A stretch of 63,872 nucleotides of DNA, filler included, from Perkinsus chesapeaki ATCC PRA-425 (Eukaryota > Protista > Perkinsozoa), in the NCBI GenBank assembly GCA_013115145.1. It is 10 parts of 10 records of this genome, joined end to end, with 100 filler letters (N's around TTAATTAATTAA, not from the genome) between each part and the next. Parts side by side here need not be neighbours in the genome. Positions count along the whole stretch, not along the records: positions 24,886 to 48,049 come from JAAPAO010000565.1; 9 more parts are not named here. One strand, written 5' to 3'. Positions 25,030-38,329 of the stretch are shown here, in pieces; within the stretch, counting starts at the first letter, position 1, and every line of letters begins with the position of its first letter. Position numbers and translations under genes: made by a program. The notes beneath the pieces are model-generated. The model did not search any database. It worked only from the letters and a program-made list of their open reading frames with translations, and was not told the DNA's origin.

Positions 25030-28000
25030 TCATACCAGCTTCGGCTCTACGTCCGAAAATATAATAATTACACATCAAATAATAATATACATAACCTTTC
25101 ATCATTACTCAGCAGCTTCCTTGCACTCCTTTAATCTTGCCCCAAGACTCAACAACACTATACTAGCCTCCTTCTCAGATCCATCGTACTCCTAAATGAC
25201 AGATAAAGCCTCTCACTCCACCATCGCCACAGAATTACCTTAACCACACGGCCTTTGCCTGGCTCGAGGAACTCCGGGACAACTGGTAGAGGAACACCTG
25301 AGACGTGGAATAATATAATAGTAATACGTAACCAACAGTAATAATTAAAAAGTAAGTAAAAAGTAATAGTAATAATATATAATTAATAATAATAGTAATA
25401 AAAAAGGTAAAAAAAGGTAGAAAGCCGTACGTAACAAAACCTATTTAAATTCTATGATGATAGCTAACAAATGAAACTTCAGTCCGAATATTAATACTAA
25501 TTATTTTTATCAATTATATCCCATCTCCACTACCTTCGCCAGATCCCCTCGGGAACCTCACCGCACTTGGTCCATCATCCAGCTTTGACATAGTGTAAAT
25601 CATATTAGCTAATTCAGCCTGAAGAACAACATAACACTTCGACAGGAGCAATTAAATGATATGCATCGGTGATGATAATCCCCACCGCCCGACTTGATCC
25701 TAAGAAAGTAGGAGCACCGCGGAGGAGCACCGAAATCTTCGGTTATCATTTCATCAGTAATGTATATCTTGCTGATCACCGACGGTTTGCGAGTCGAGGA
25801 AGTTGCGACTGTCCAGAGAAAATAATAATCATAAAATCATCAAGGAAATTACTTATTACGGAAAACAGTTTTGCAGGAAAAAATGTCACGGAAAATATGA
25901 AAATAAACGAAAATAATTTTATCAACAGTCTCCCACCTGCACGTACCTCATCGCCAGGAGCGCATATTTTCATATCGGGGATGCAGCCCAGCATGGCGAG
26001 GTCGAACTGACCGTGGTGAGTTGGACCATCAGCTCCTACGAACCCTGCTCTGTCCAGAACAAATCTAACCTAAAATGAGAAAGGATGAAAAAAAGAAATG
26101 GAACAAAACTTTTACAAGAAAATATGGGAAACCTTGGAAAGGTATGGCAAGGTTGCAGAGGGGCACAAAATGCTGGTTGAATTCATTGCTGAATACTTTA
26201 CCATAAAAATTAGTGAACCAACTGGAAAGTAGAAAAAAATATTATTTATTATCATTATAAACTATTTATATTGTCCTTCAATCGAACAAGCATATTTTTG
26301 GTTTCGAGTAATAACAGCGGGCCAACTAAACATTTCCACACCAATCCACCAACCACCGAATATCTTCACAACCTTACCGGTAGTTTCTGCAGCGCCACAT
26401 CGTGAACAATCTGATCGATCGCTCTCTGAAAAAAACAACACTTTTCAATCCTCTCCCACCCCTCCCCTCTCACCTGCATAAAACTGCTATATATCGCCGC
26501 GTACGGCACCAATCCCTCCGCTGCCATACCAGCTGCCATCGTCACCGCGTGCTGCTCACAGATACCCACATCGAACATGCGCTCCAGCCCAAATCGCTTC
26601 TCGAAATGATGCAATCCAGTACCTTTTCAATATCGATCAACAGGGCGCGCGCTTTTTACAGGACACTTACCGCCAGGCATAGCGGCAGTAATTGCGACGA
26701 TGCGACTATCCCGCTCGGCAGCGGCAATCAGTGCCTTTGCGAAAACGTCCGTGTAGGCCATTTTCTTGGGGGCGGCTGGCTGAGGCTTGGCCGTCTCAGG
26801 GGCCTTCTTGGGAGCCTCTTTCTTTCCTGAAAATAAAAACGTTTGATGGTAAGGCGGTTTTTTGCCTGATACGCTCATGCCTTCAGCCATTATGCTTAAA
26901 TATACTGGAGCTTAATTTCGTACGAGGAATAGAAAGATAGTTGAAACAGTTTAATGTTATATTATTTTTTTCGTGAAAAAAATATCGAACGAAACAAGCG
27001 ATAATGGCACGGGTCCCAAGTTATTTTCGGATGGATAATTTCCCATTGTCAATGACAATTTGTCGTAAGTAATAGTCAAGCAGTTCTGCAATTACCGACA
27101 CACTTCCGGCGGAAATTAAATATAAAAAAATTCGAAAATTCAGAACGGTCTTTCTGAATAAATTTGCAAAACGTCATCACCACACCATCGCCTTCGCTTA
27201 CCACAGGAATTGATAATTAAATAAATTAATCGTACGCCTTCCGCCCCTGGGAATCGAACCGGCGACCTCCTCACTTACCAGTTTTAACGTCAAACTGCGT
27301 AACTCCGTGCAGCTTATCGAGTGCTTCTTCAGCTGGTTTATACCCATACCCTTTTCTGGTCCTAAAATTGCCACCACAATTTAGCTAATTTAGCTTTTGA
27401 ACGCGAAAATCCTTACTTGACATGGAGCAAGATCGGCTTGGTGATCTTCCCTTCATCCATCGATTGCTTTAAATTGCTCAAAACCGTCACGAGCGTCTCC
27501 AGGTTGTGACCGTCCACCGGGCCGACATAGTAAAACCCGAGCTCCTCAAACATGGTACCTGACGGAAGTAGGAGAGGGCAAGCGGAAGCACGCAAACCCG
27601 AAACAAGCATTAAGATGATCTTCCGGGAAGGAAAAAATCATCTACCTCTCTCGGAGACAAGAAAGCTTCCCAATACGGACGAAAAGAAGCTATGCAGATT
27701 TTGCAAAAAAATCCCCATAACAAACGAAAATATGAATTGGTTTATTCTGGACCCAACATCTTATGGTGCCCTATATTTCCTCAATTGCGGATTTCTAGAA
27801 TCTGACGTATCATTACAAAATGAGTTACTACTGAAAAAATGTGAACGACAAGGGGAAGAACCACACAAAACCAAAACATTTTCCCGGAGTTTTTCGACAA
27901 TTTTTGCTTCACTCTTTCCCCACCGAAATCTCAGAAAACACGTAGAATCTAAGAAATTTCCTAAAATTTTCCCTTTCGATTCTTAATTCCAACCCTTACC

Positions 28001-31000
28001 TCGACTATAACTGGTCAATAAGCCTCGACCGTACTCCTCAATCCTTCCCAAACTGTCAGCCAACTGCGGTGGACAGAGCGCCCTACAAAACCACCAACCA
28101 TAATCGATCACCAGGGCGCGCGCTCTTTACTTCACTGCGAGTTTTAAAGTGTTTCTAGCATCCTGGAAGCTGGGAGATGATAATACCTGAGAGACCTTGG
28201 TGCAGCAACCAAGGCGTTGACAAACTATTCGAAATAATGGACGGAAATTTTCGTTTTTTTTTCACAAAAAAATCCGAGTACAAAAATATGAATGATTTTA
28301 CGGAAAATGCGAAAAAATTTTCCCATGATGCCCTATCGCGAATATGATAAAAAATAAAAATATAATGCAAATATTTCCGAAACAAATTGGGAATCAAAAC
28401 TCCAGCTCGTGATAATTCCGCTTTTTCTGGCCTCCTCTGAGCACACCTTAGATACTGCATCAGGTACAGATGAATCCATGCCACCCATCTTGCTGAGCGT
28501 CTCCGATAGTGCACCAACCTGAAGAGATATGCGGACGGAGTTACACAATATGACATAATCTATTTCACTTGCACGTTGACTCCAACTCAGTAAGAGTTAT
28601 CCTCACATTTGGGAAATACCAATGTGAGATATAAAAGTAGAAAGGCAATAAAACGGTTTCATATACCATCTATCGAAATTTTTGAAATTCTCAGGAATAA
28701 TCGATCACGCGATCGATTTCCACCAGCCTCACCGGAGTATGAACCTCATTGTAAGCCGTCGGCAGCGACACCTGTCCGTTGTCATTTAGTATGACCAGGA
28801 ATTTACGTAGCTTGAGCCATCCTGCGTGATTCATAGCTTCGTACGCCATACCACCTAAACAGAGCAATATGACCACCGCGGGAAATTTACCAGGAGAAAT
28901 ATTTTTTGCGTATTGGAATAGGAACAACTTCGTGAAAAAAAACCGCTATGGAGTTCACATGAGATTAAAATTTCCGTAAAATCTATGCAGAAAATAGATC
29001 TTCTTCACCGAAAGGGCGCTACACATTTCTCTGACACCTCTAGCCATACCTACCAGTAATAGCTCCATCTCCCACCACTGAAACAACAGTATAGTCATCC
29101 TCTGGCGTAAGTGGCAGCATGTCAGTGTCCCCTTCTCTCACCGCTTTATTATGGATACGCTTTTTAACCTGAACAAAGATACAGACTTCATCACTGTAAA
29201 ACAGCAACTCCAAGGGATAATATAAACCACAAGGGGCAACCAATCGAAGTAAGAACGGTCCGGGAACCAGGAAGTGCCTAGCAGGCACTCTTAGAATCCG
29301 GAAACAGCGGTCCAAGGATAATGAATTTATAATAGACATGTCACATGTACGCTAGGCCCGGAAATGGATATACCTTCGATATCGTTTTGGTAGAATATTA
29401 TTAAAATAGTTGCACCTCTACAAGATAGATAAAAATACAGAAAAGCGCGATAGCCAATCAAAAATTCACGAGATATTGCTCGAGGAATTATCTTTGGAAA
29501 TTTTAGATAACGGAAATTTTCCGGAAAAATTTGGGAAATTTTTATGAGCTTACATCTCTGGCGACAGCAAAACCAGTAGCGGCCGACATGGCCGTGCCAC
29601 TGTGACCAGCTCCGAAGGGATCATAAGGAGACTCTTTGCGCTTGGTGAAGCCGGACAGACCTCCGCCTTGACGGAGAGTCGACATACGTTCACGACGACC
29701 AGTAAATATCTTGTGAGGGTATGCCTGAGGGAAGACGAACATTGCGGAAATACAGTTGGAAAGTTGTGAATGGAATTTGGCAAAATAAGGGAAAATTGGG
29801 AAAAATTGAGAAAATGGGAAAAACTGGGAAAAATAAAAAAAATGGGAAAATTGGGAAAAGTAGGAAAATTTTTCAAATTATTTTCCTTCGAAATCTACGG
29901 AAGCGACGAGAACCGAGATGAGAACCCGTAACAGTATTAGATACTGAAAATATAGCAAAATTTAAGTATAGAAACAGAAAACCTTAATAGATAGGAAGGC
30001 GATATCATTTGCGAGGATCACCGTTAACTGGCTAGATGAGATCAGCGTTCCACTCTCCCCACCTGATGACTAACATCCCAGATAAGCTTGTCGTATGGTG
30101 TGTTGAATACATTATGAAGAGCCGCGGTAAGCTCAACTACACCCAAGTTGGAACCGAGATGGCCTCCGGTCTTGGAGACCGATCTTACCAGAAACTGAAA
30201 AAATGATAAATAATGACTTCGAGAAATAAATTACTGTTGCGAGGACGAAAGAAAGGTTTAGATGAAACGATTTGACGGCTTACCTTTTCATTAAGAGGTA
30301 CTGAACGATATTAGGAAAATTGGTTTTGGCAATCATTTGGAATGATTTAAAAGAAAACTGATACTATTTAGCAATAGTAGAGATTAAGTGACATTTAATA
30401 AATTAGATATTGATAATAAAAGACGAAATGAAGAACGTTCATATTATATCAAATATGCTTTATTACATCTCAATCAAGCTTTCATATATTCGCCATAAAT
30501 CAACAACAGTGACAATCGACTTGCCCCCAAACTAATGAATTTGACAAGATACTCGACCAGTACCGTATGCCGGTGGCGACGAGCACTCCACAGTGACAAC
30601 CGAAACACATTAATGAGATCCATCTTAGTCCATATCCTATCAAAACTCACTTTTCTGGTATCATGGCACAACTCTTTAAGTTCTGGGATCGACATACGTC
30701 TGATGTCCTCGGGAGAATGCACTTTATCGAGAGTTGGAGTCGCACCGTTCATAACCTCGTCAACAAGCCTGAAAAAACACGGAAAAATTTTTCCTTCTCC
30801 GAAGTAATGATAACAAGAATTGTAGATAATAAAGTACCGAGTAGGCGACAATACCATCGATCAGCTTACGCGTCATCGAGCTCCCTGGGAGCATCGTAAT
30901 CATCACCCGGTTGAGATATGTCCCTAGTGGCTTTAGTAGTGGCAGGGGGAGGGGGGACAGTAGCAGCTGCAGCGGCGCGTCTGGAGGCGGAACGACCGAC

Positions 31001-32107
31001 CTGGAAATAGAAGCAAATATTATTCAAATGATGGGTTGATGCGATGAATAGGGTTTCGGGTTTTTTTCAAAACTCAAAACCCGAATTAAATTGCGCTCGA
31101 AATGTGCCGAGTTCGTAGGACTGAAAATGGGGTGGGCAATGAGCAAGTAAACTCACCTTCCTAGCTCTTCCGGCAACACCGAACATAGCGGAGATGACGA
31201 TGCTCATTAGAGCGAAGCCGGAAAGACTACCACCAGTGAAGATCGTAGTGGGGGAACCATATTGCAAAGCTGCAGCAGCGACCTCGGGGGAAAGAAAACC
31301 AGAAGATGACAAAGCACCTGATGCAGAAGTAGAAGTATGAAGCGGACAAATATTAAAGGTAAGGAGTTAGGTCGATAATAGTGTTAATGAGGGGAAGTCC
31401 TTGCGGAGCTGTTATGCAAGTCATGAAATAAAATTGAGAAGAGTATATTATAGGGAAATAAATATAGCATAAACTACGCTGAACACGCAAACCAAACAAC
31501 TACGCATAAACATACGTAAATTACAGCTAACCAAACTAAGGGAGATATGACAAGTAGAAGTGCAATGAAGGAGTGAGCTGATGATTAACTTACAAGGCTG
31601 AGTTGGATGGGGAGATGCGACATAATGTAATGAAAGGTAAGTAATGTTGTCACTAGATAATCGAATCAATATATAAACGAAATAAATATAGTTTATTAAT
31701 AAAAACAAGAAGCAACGTAATACTATATATAATCAGCAAATGTTTTACTAAACACACCAATTGCTCAGTCGAGGCACCATCAGTCTAGTGACTTGCACAC
31801 GATCGATTAGGCCCAACTTGCAAAAAAGAAACACATAAAACATTGTTTATGAACGTCGATCCGATGACGGTATCAGTAATGATACAATTACAGATAAGCT
31901 TGATATCATATATAGATAATAACCAAATTCCAAATGATCTACCGTAGGCATATACACGACGGACTTAACCCTACTTTGAACTGTTGGAGGACTGGGTTGA
32001 ACGAATAATATATTAGTGATCATAAACAGTGACGAAATAGATAGGGCACCGAGGGCTACCAAAGCAAGCCTGGCCAAGGACTTGCTTGGAGGGGGGGAAG
32101 CTGCCAT
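25030..32107 (-). CDS. dxs: 1-deoxy-D-xylulose-5-phosphate synthase (MEP pathway, plastid-targeted), many exons, 3' end lost at contig edge
   Basis: [14 protein letters not shown]; [27 protein letters not shown]|AYPHKI; [19 protein letters not shown]; VVGDGAITG; ILNDN; [17 protein letters not shown]; [12 protein letters not shown]; [12 protein letters not shown]; VRFPRG. Joining the 31944-32107 exon to the rest is inferred. Confidence 0.95.
27238..27278 (-). other. tRNA 3'-half-like fragment (B-box GGTTCGATTCC) at the start of a DXS intron
   Basis: ..FDVKTG|GTAAGTGAGGAGGTCGCCGGTTCGATTCCCAGGGGCGG; no D-arm, poor T-stem. Confidence 0.55.
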
Positions 32108-32799
32108 TTAGGGGAAGTCAACCGAGCTGGAAAATGATATGGAAATAGAAGAAAACACAATTCGAATTAACAATGTGAATCGAACTGGGTTAAATCCTAC
32201 TGAGTGGCAAAACGCTCACTCACCAGAGGTGATTGAAGCATGATATAAATAAAAGAGATAAGCATCCCAAACAGGATACCATTACACAAAAAGCAACTGA
32301 TGGTTAATTGGTTACAAGTGACAGGCAAAAGATGTACTACAGACGGCGACGTACCAGTAATATTGATACACGTAATCGCATCAATTATAAACGTTTACTC
32401 TGAAAATACCTGATTTACGCGTACAACAATCTTTCATTAGCCAAGTATAGATTTCGAAACTAACTACTATCCGAGACTCCGACCAGCAAGTGCGCACTAG
32501 GGACATTCAGCACACAAAAATGTGCAATTGTGCAAATAAGATGTCTCCCGTGGCGAACACTCTGAAAATCACCATAAAGGTAATTATTACGATCAATTAG
32601 GTCGAGCGTGAATCATACACCCTGAAAAGATATTCACTATACTTATTTTTACAAATCTATCAGATGTATAAGAGTCGCTGCATTGCTCGTATAGCAGTCG
32701 TGAGCTCCGAAAATGAGCGTCGAATCATCAGCGCCGCCAGACATCAAAACACAACTTTTTCTCCTTGTAAAATCATTTTACAAGGAGAAAAAGTAATAA

Positions 32800-34181
32800 A
32801 TGAGCAATGAGCCTTTATTCAAGGCAAGGCAATGGGGGGGGCGCGACTTTGCAAGTGTACGCACACACACGCGACACAAGTTTTGCGGAGCACCGCACAA
32901 GTTCGCCAAGAGAGCCTCCGAATCAACCGCGAAGCTGGACCTTACAGCGAAGCTTCTGGCTCGAGGTGAATGGATTATGCACCTTAATAAGAGGATGTAT
33001 TCGAGGTGTTTATGAAGCTCCCCAGAGCCTGCGAGGAGACTATATTACTCCACCTCCACCACTGGTCAATGACCATTGGGAAAAACACCACGATCATTGT
33101 GCCACGGTGAGAGTGAACAGTTAATCGGACATCGCCACTGCATCGGTCCCAGCGAGGACTAAGATTAGTATATGAAAGAGAACCTGAGCAAAATAGATTT
33201 TTAATAGTACGTGGATACTACCGAATCGAATCATCAACACCGACAGCATCAACAGTGCTACACTGTATAAACAAGCTCAGAAGTGTGAATACCGGCAAGC
33301 AGCAGCTGAATGACAGAAAGTATCTGCTAAGGGTAAGCTGAATTGGGACACTTTAGTATCTCATTTCGGTGTGCAACCAATCAATTCCGAAGGAGACAAT
33401 TGAAGTGCTGGCGCGGAGACAGCGCCTTCTCGATTTTTATCAAACCCATTTTTTCAGGAGCATCCCTCCGACAGACAGTGAGTTCCACGTGATGCTTCGG
33501 CTCGCAAACTCACTTCCCACGCCTTGAAGGCGATAGGATCCCGCAGTCAGAATGTGTTAAGAAGGATGTGCTGTTACACTGGTTTGTTAGCTCTGGCGCA
33601 AAGTGATGGACTATAAACTGTGTTATAGATCGCAGGAGACAGAGGGAGTTTTTTGGACGTTTTTGAAGTCTTCACTGATTCCAACTGGAGTGACATGAGC
33701 AGCTGGTACGTGACCATGCACTGTAGACACTGTACCATCGGCACGGTGTGTCACAGCGTCACACTGACTCAGTTACCACTCATTGGTGTCGCTTCCCGGG
33801 CCCAACTCTACAGCGTCCAGGCAACACGCGGAACTGTGGCCCAAGTATGCCCAGCGCTCTCCCCTCGCTTGTGAACTTTGGTGAAAGCGTATGTCATTTA
33901 GCTCAGTTAAGTCTCGTTTAAGCATGCCTATTGGTTGGAAATAAAGACTCACGTTGAGTTTGAGAAGAATGAATCTTTTTTGACTCTGATTGGTAGACAT
34001 CGGTGCCAACGCTGAAACAAACCCTTCAGTGATACGAGCACAACTTGCGCTGTACAAGCTTGCTCATAGGTGTCTTGAAAAGTCGGTCGACTGTCGAAAA
34101 GATCTTGCTCAGAGACTACTAGAGCCGCTTTGCTGGCAACCAGTAGAACTTCACCGAAGATCTCGGATAGGGACCTTTTAG
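32800..34181 (+). CDS. Hypothetical multi-exon protein
   Basis: Chain of GT..AG-bounded open exons (MSNEPLFK, WILPNRIINTD, LPLIGVASRAQ, DIGANAETNP..RIGTF*); no family recognised. Confidence 0.45.
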
Positions 34182-36849
34182 AAGGATCGATCCGACGACC
34201 TTCCGCATGACAGACGAACACTCTCCCTACTCAACTAATCCAACGATAATAATCTAACCCGTGAAATAACCAGCCGGACTTGCGAATCAATAACATACGT
34301 GGACTTCCCAAAGCTCTGTATACTCTCCCCCAACTACTAAACGCAATTCAGTAAATAATGTAAACTCAGATAATCGATTGGCTCCTAAAGGACATTTTAA
34401 GACCGACACCATCTCACACCATACCACTAATGACACTTGGCGAAGTTGCCCAGTCTGTTTAGGCGATCCCCTGGCACTGCCAAGCATCAGCGGTGAGGCA
34501 GGAGCATCATCACACCGCCGCTCTCTTACAGTGCTCATCAGAAAGCTTCTAAAGTGGAGGCCGTTTGATTACGACCAAAGAGCCTCCACCGAGGAGCCTC
34601 CATCCAGATGAGGATGGGAATGAATTCACTCATGACAAATAAATCAATCAACGACATAGTCGTTTAGTACGTAATGACTCCTCCACAATGTCTCCGGTAG
34701 AAAGTTACCAGCTTCCGACCGGAGACACTTGAAGGAAGTCAACGGAAATGATATAGTCTAATTCGCCACCCGCAGGCCGATCAGGAAAATATCTTTGCCT
34801 CGTCGAATCACCGAGAGCCTCCAGAGGTAATTGGCTCCGATAAACTGGCCTCCCGGAAAGTACCTGAAAGCAACCCAGTAATTTCATGGCGCGTGACTTT
34901 CTCTTACCTCGGGAGGCACTCATATTCGCCGAAGCGATATAATTTCCTATTGGATGTGACAGTCCGGAGGCCATCGGTCTGGCCAGCGTCCCGACTCGAC
35001 CATCGGCATACGGCACGGAGGTCACCGTTCTGGAAAAGGGACAGTCACACAATTACGTGAAATATGTTAGAACACTAATCTGATTAGTCTAATCAGTCTG
35101 TTGGTGACGAGAAAACACTGGGAAATATTTCAGAAAGTTTCCTTTTTTTCTGAAATTTTTCCGTGTACTATTTCAGAACTCCCCGGTGAGATACATATTC
35201 AGAGACATGCCGACAAACATGACAAACGGTACTCACCTTGGATGGCTCAATTCGTTTGAAAAAGCACGTGCCGAGAATGCCATCGTCATCAAGAAGGGCT
35301 TGAACCGATGAGTGCGGGGGATCGTCAACTGAAAGGAGAGATGATAATGGCAAATATTTACCATCGATGGACAAGGGGGACAGCTTTGTGTCGCGAGGCG
35401 GGGAAAAGACGTAATTGGCTTCAGATCGGAAGGATTGACGAGGACCCAAATACTAGGCAAACTGAGATTTTTTCACCAGCAAGTTATCAACAAGCTATAC
35501 AATAAATGGCCTCGTAATTTCCTCATCGGCTCGTCATGGGAAATATATTCTTCAATGCCGGGGCACAAAAAATTTACCGGACTTTCGTAAAATTTTCACA
35601 TCACAACACTAATAATAAATAAAAGATACATAACTAATAACGAATATGAAGGGAAAATGTATATGATTGATATATAGTCCATAATGAGTACAGCTCTTCG
35701 AGCCGCCCCCCACCCTCTTTACCATTATGACACACCGCAACGGCCTCATCCATCAACCGATGCACGACCTCCTTCGCTCGGTTCCTCACCGGGGTGAAGT
35801 ACCCGGTGATCAGCGATTCGACGAGATTGCAATCGATATTTGACATTCGCAAATCTAACGCCACTTCCATAGATACACCATAGCTCATTATCGATCACGT
35901 GATCGATTAGCCCGCACCATAACTCCAACCAAGAGTCTGCTTGATCTACAGCTTCCCAACTCTCCACTACGCTTATTCATTCCATCGAGGAAAAATCCAG
36001 GTGTTTTTCATTTTTTCCCGAATTTTTTCCGAAAATTTTCCAAAAAACCGGATTTTCCTGAAATTTTGCCAGTAGAAAGTCAACCAAATGTTTCACTTTA
36101 CTCAACAGCACTCGACAGCACAATAACAGTCACAGAAGACATGGGTGAACAAAGGCACTCATTCCTTACTCGGCAATAGGGAACTTCTAAAATCCTAAAA
36201 AACTGAGATAACCCTGATGAGCATCACGACATCACCAACTACGTAAAGCTTTTTACAAGCCGCTCAAAAGGCCTGTGGAGAAACAAAAGACTCATCGAGC
36301 CCCACGGGCAATTGCTCCTCGGGATTCCAAAAAACTATTCCTAGCGCGGAGGAAATATAATAGAATTTTCGACTCGAAATATGCTCCTAGAACCAAATGC
36401 ATTCGGAACACTCGCCGTTCCTTTATGTCTCCTCCTGATGAGCACTAACACCACGGTGCCCATGGAACTTCTTACTAGGCCATTAACGGATGCCAGGTCC
36501 TCTACAGGCACCGGGGGGGAACCCCTTAAAGTTAAGAAATACACTATGTCAAAAAGGTAACGAGCGCACTACAAATATTTCTGGGATATGCGGAAAATAG
36601 AGATTATTCTTCATCGCGATTATATCTCTTAGACTCTGCCCTTTTAACGGTACTTAACTTCTTTATTCATCACGGAGGTCTTCGAAACGGAGTAGAATAC
36701 TAGGAATACTTATTATATAAGAATACTGTAAAAGTAGGTATATGTTTCCCGCTAAACGGAAAATTCGACCCGTTTTTTTCTTTCATCAGCTCAGAACCCA
36801 GTGCCCAAATTTTCCCGAAATTTTCCCGAAATTTTCCCGAAATTTTCCG

Positions 36850-38045
36850 CCCATCCCCCATCCTCTATTACCGCCCTATATTTATTGCCCGAATGATAAC
36901 CAATAACCGCCACCATCGCAGCAGCAAACAACACCGTAATGATCCAACAGGCTGTCATTAATTCAACCATAGAGGAATAGACCTCGGTGAGGACAACGGG
37001 GAAGGCTCGGCACCATAGACCACCCTGAAAAATGAAAAAAAAACTCTAAAATCTTTCCTTTTTTTCTTTTGAACTGCGGGATGGAACGATAAAAAATTAA
37101 TAAGAACATCAATTCCTTCTCACCGAAGAGAGCTTCAATTTCTACCCTTAGCGATGAAAATCACTTCCAGTTGGTCAGGAAAACGCTTTGAAGAGTCCAG
37201 AGTGACCGAGAGCGTTTCGCTTGAAAATATTATTGTTAATTGCCGATAGGCATCACCGAAATGAGTTTTGCGCGGCTAAGAATTTTTTCCTAGTGCATCG
37301 ACACGTACGCCTGTTTCTGAACCAAAATGTAACAAAAAAAGCGTTTCTACTGGGCTTAAGCATTTGATGAGACTCTAGGACTAATGCTAGTGTTGGGCTG
37401 ACCACCGGAGAAAAGTTGGAAACCAAATCCAGTGAGGTGTTCAGCACTCTTCTAGTTCGAGCCTATTACTACCTCTCCCTCCGCCGTTCCCTCACTAACC
37501 AACACACATTCTCGCCACATCTCCATAGTAACATTCTTGGTCTCGGCTAAAATATCATTTATAGTGTCCTGCGTTTCCTTATCTCGGCAAATCACATCCG
37601 TGAATTCACTCAGCCCCACCGGACGACCCCCTCCGACACATCCACCGTCCTCGTAGATCGAGTAGAAATCATCTCGAACCCGTCTAACCGTCGGCGACAT
37701 TTTCAGCTCGCCTTTGGCAGATCGTCCAAGCTCCGGCAAATGATATGAAATCCAAATTGAAACCACCGAGAAGATCGCGAAGATCATCGTCGCGCAGAAC
37801 CCGTATGCCACTAATATTGCGGCGCGTGACTTATTCGACGAGCTTATTATGCATCCCATCACCGCAAATATAACAAGTATCCCACTTCCTATAATTCCCA
37901 CCAGAAGCAGCTTCATCGAAAACACCGCCGGCGACTGAGCCACCGCTGTGACCCCAAATGAACCAGCCAGATAGAGTCCAATTAGCAAAATAATAATATT
38001 GAACGTAAGCAGATAAATCCTGCTTGCTGCACTGAAGATTGCCAT
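36850..38045 (-). CDS. Tetraspanin-like four-TM membrane protein
   Basis: Three hydrophobic helices (IYLLTFNIIILLIGLYL; LLLVGIIGSGILVIFAVMGC; ILVAYGFCATMIFAIFSVV), a Cys-containing large loop, and a fourth helix ACWIITVLFAAAMVAVIG at ~36900-36960; 3' end uncertain. Confidence 0.55.
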
Positions 38046-38329
38046 TACTGCTAAGAAGAAGAGGCCTGCAAAATCTTGCCCATCTTTCTCCCACTTGCAT
38101 TTCCTAAACGCAAACCCCAACTTTTCAGGCGACTATAAAGAAGCTTTCTTTCACCTATACAGACCTAATTCATCACTAATTACTACAACGAGGACGCCAA
38201 CAACAGTAACGCTCGCCCAGTTGATCGATTATCGTAATATATCGATTGTGACTATATAAATGCACATTATTCTTAAAAGCCTATAAAGATTATGTTCATC
38301 AGACATTACTTAGTAGGCAGCAGCGGCGG

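Noticed and set aside
24830-25105. Tyr/Ile-rich ORF (YYYYIITFI)n
   Set aside because: Translation of an intronic AT-rich minisatellite.
5990-35315. Looser B-box-like words GGTTCAANNCC at ~5998, ~7995, ~22197, ~35301
   Set aside because: Mostly in coding sequence or antisense, with no tRNA-like flanks; about the level expected by chance, so not counted in the intron finding.
34287-36550. Minus-strand exon-like fragments between the hypothetical gene and the tetraspanin-like gene
   Set aside because: Several competing frames and no recognisable domain; not annotated.
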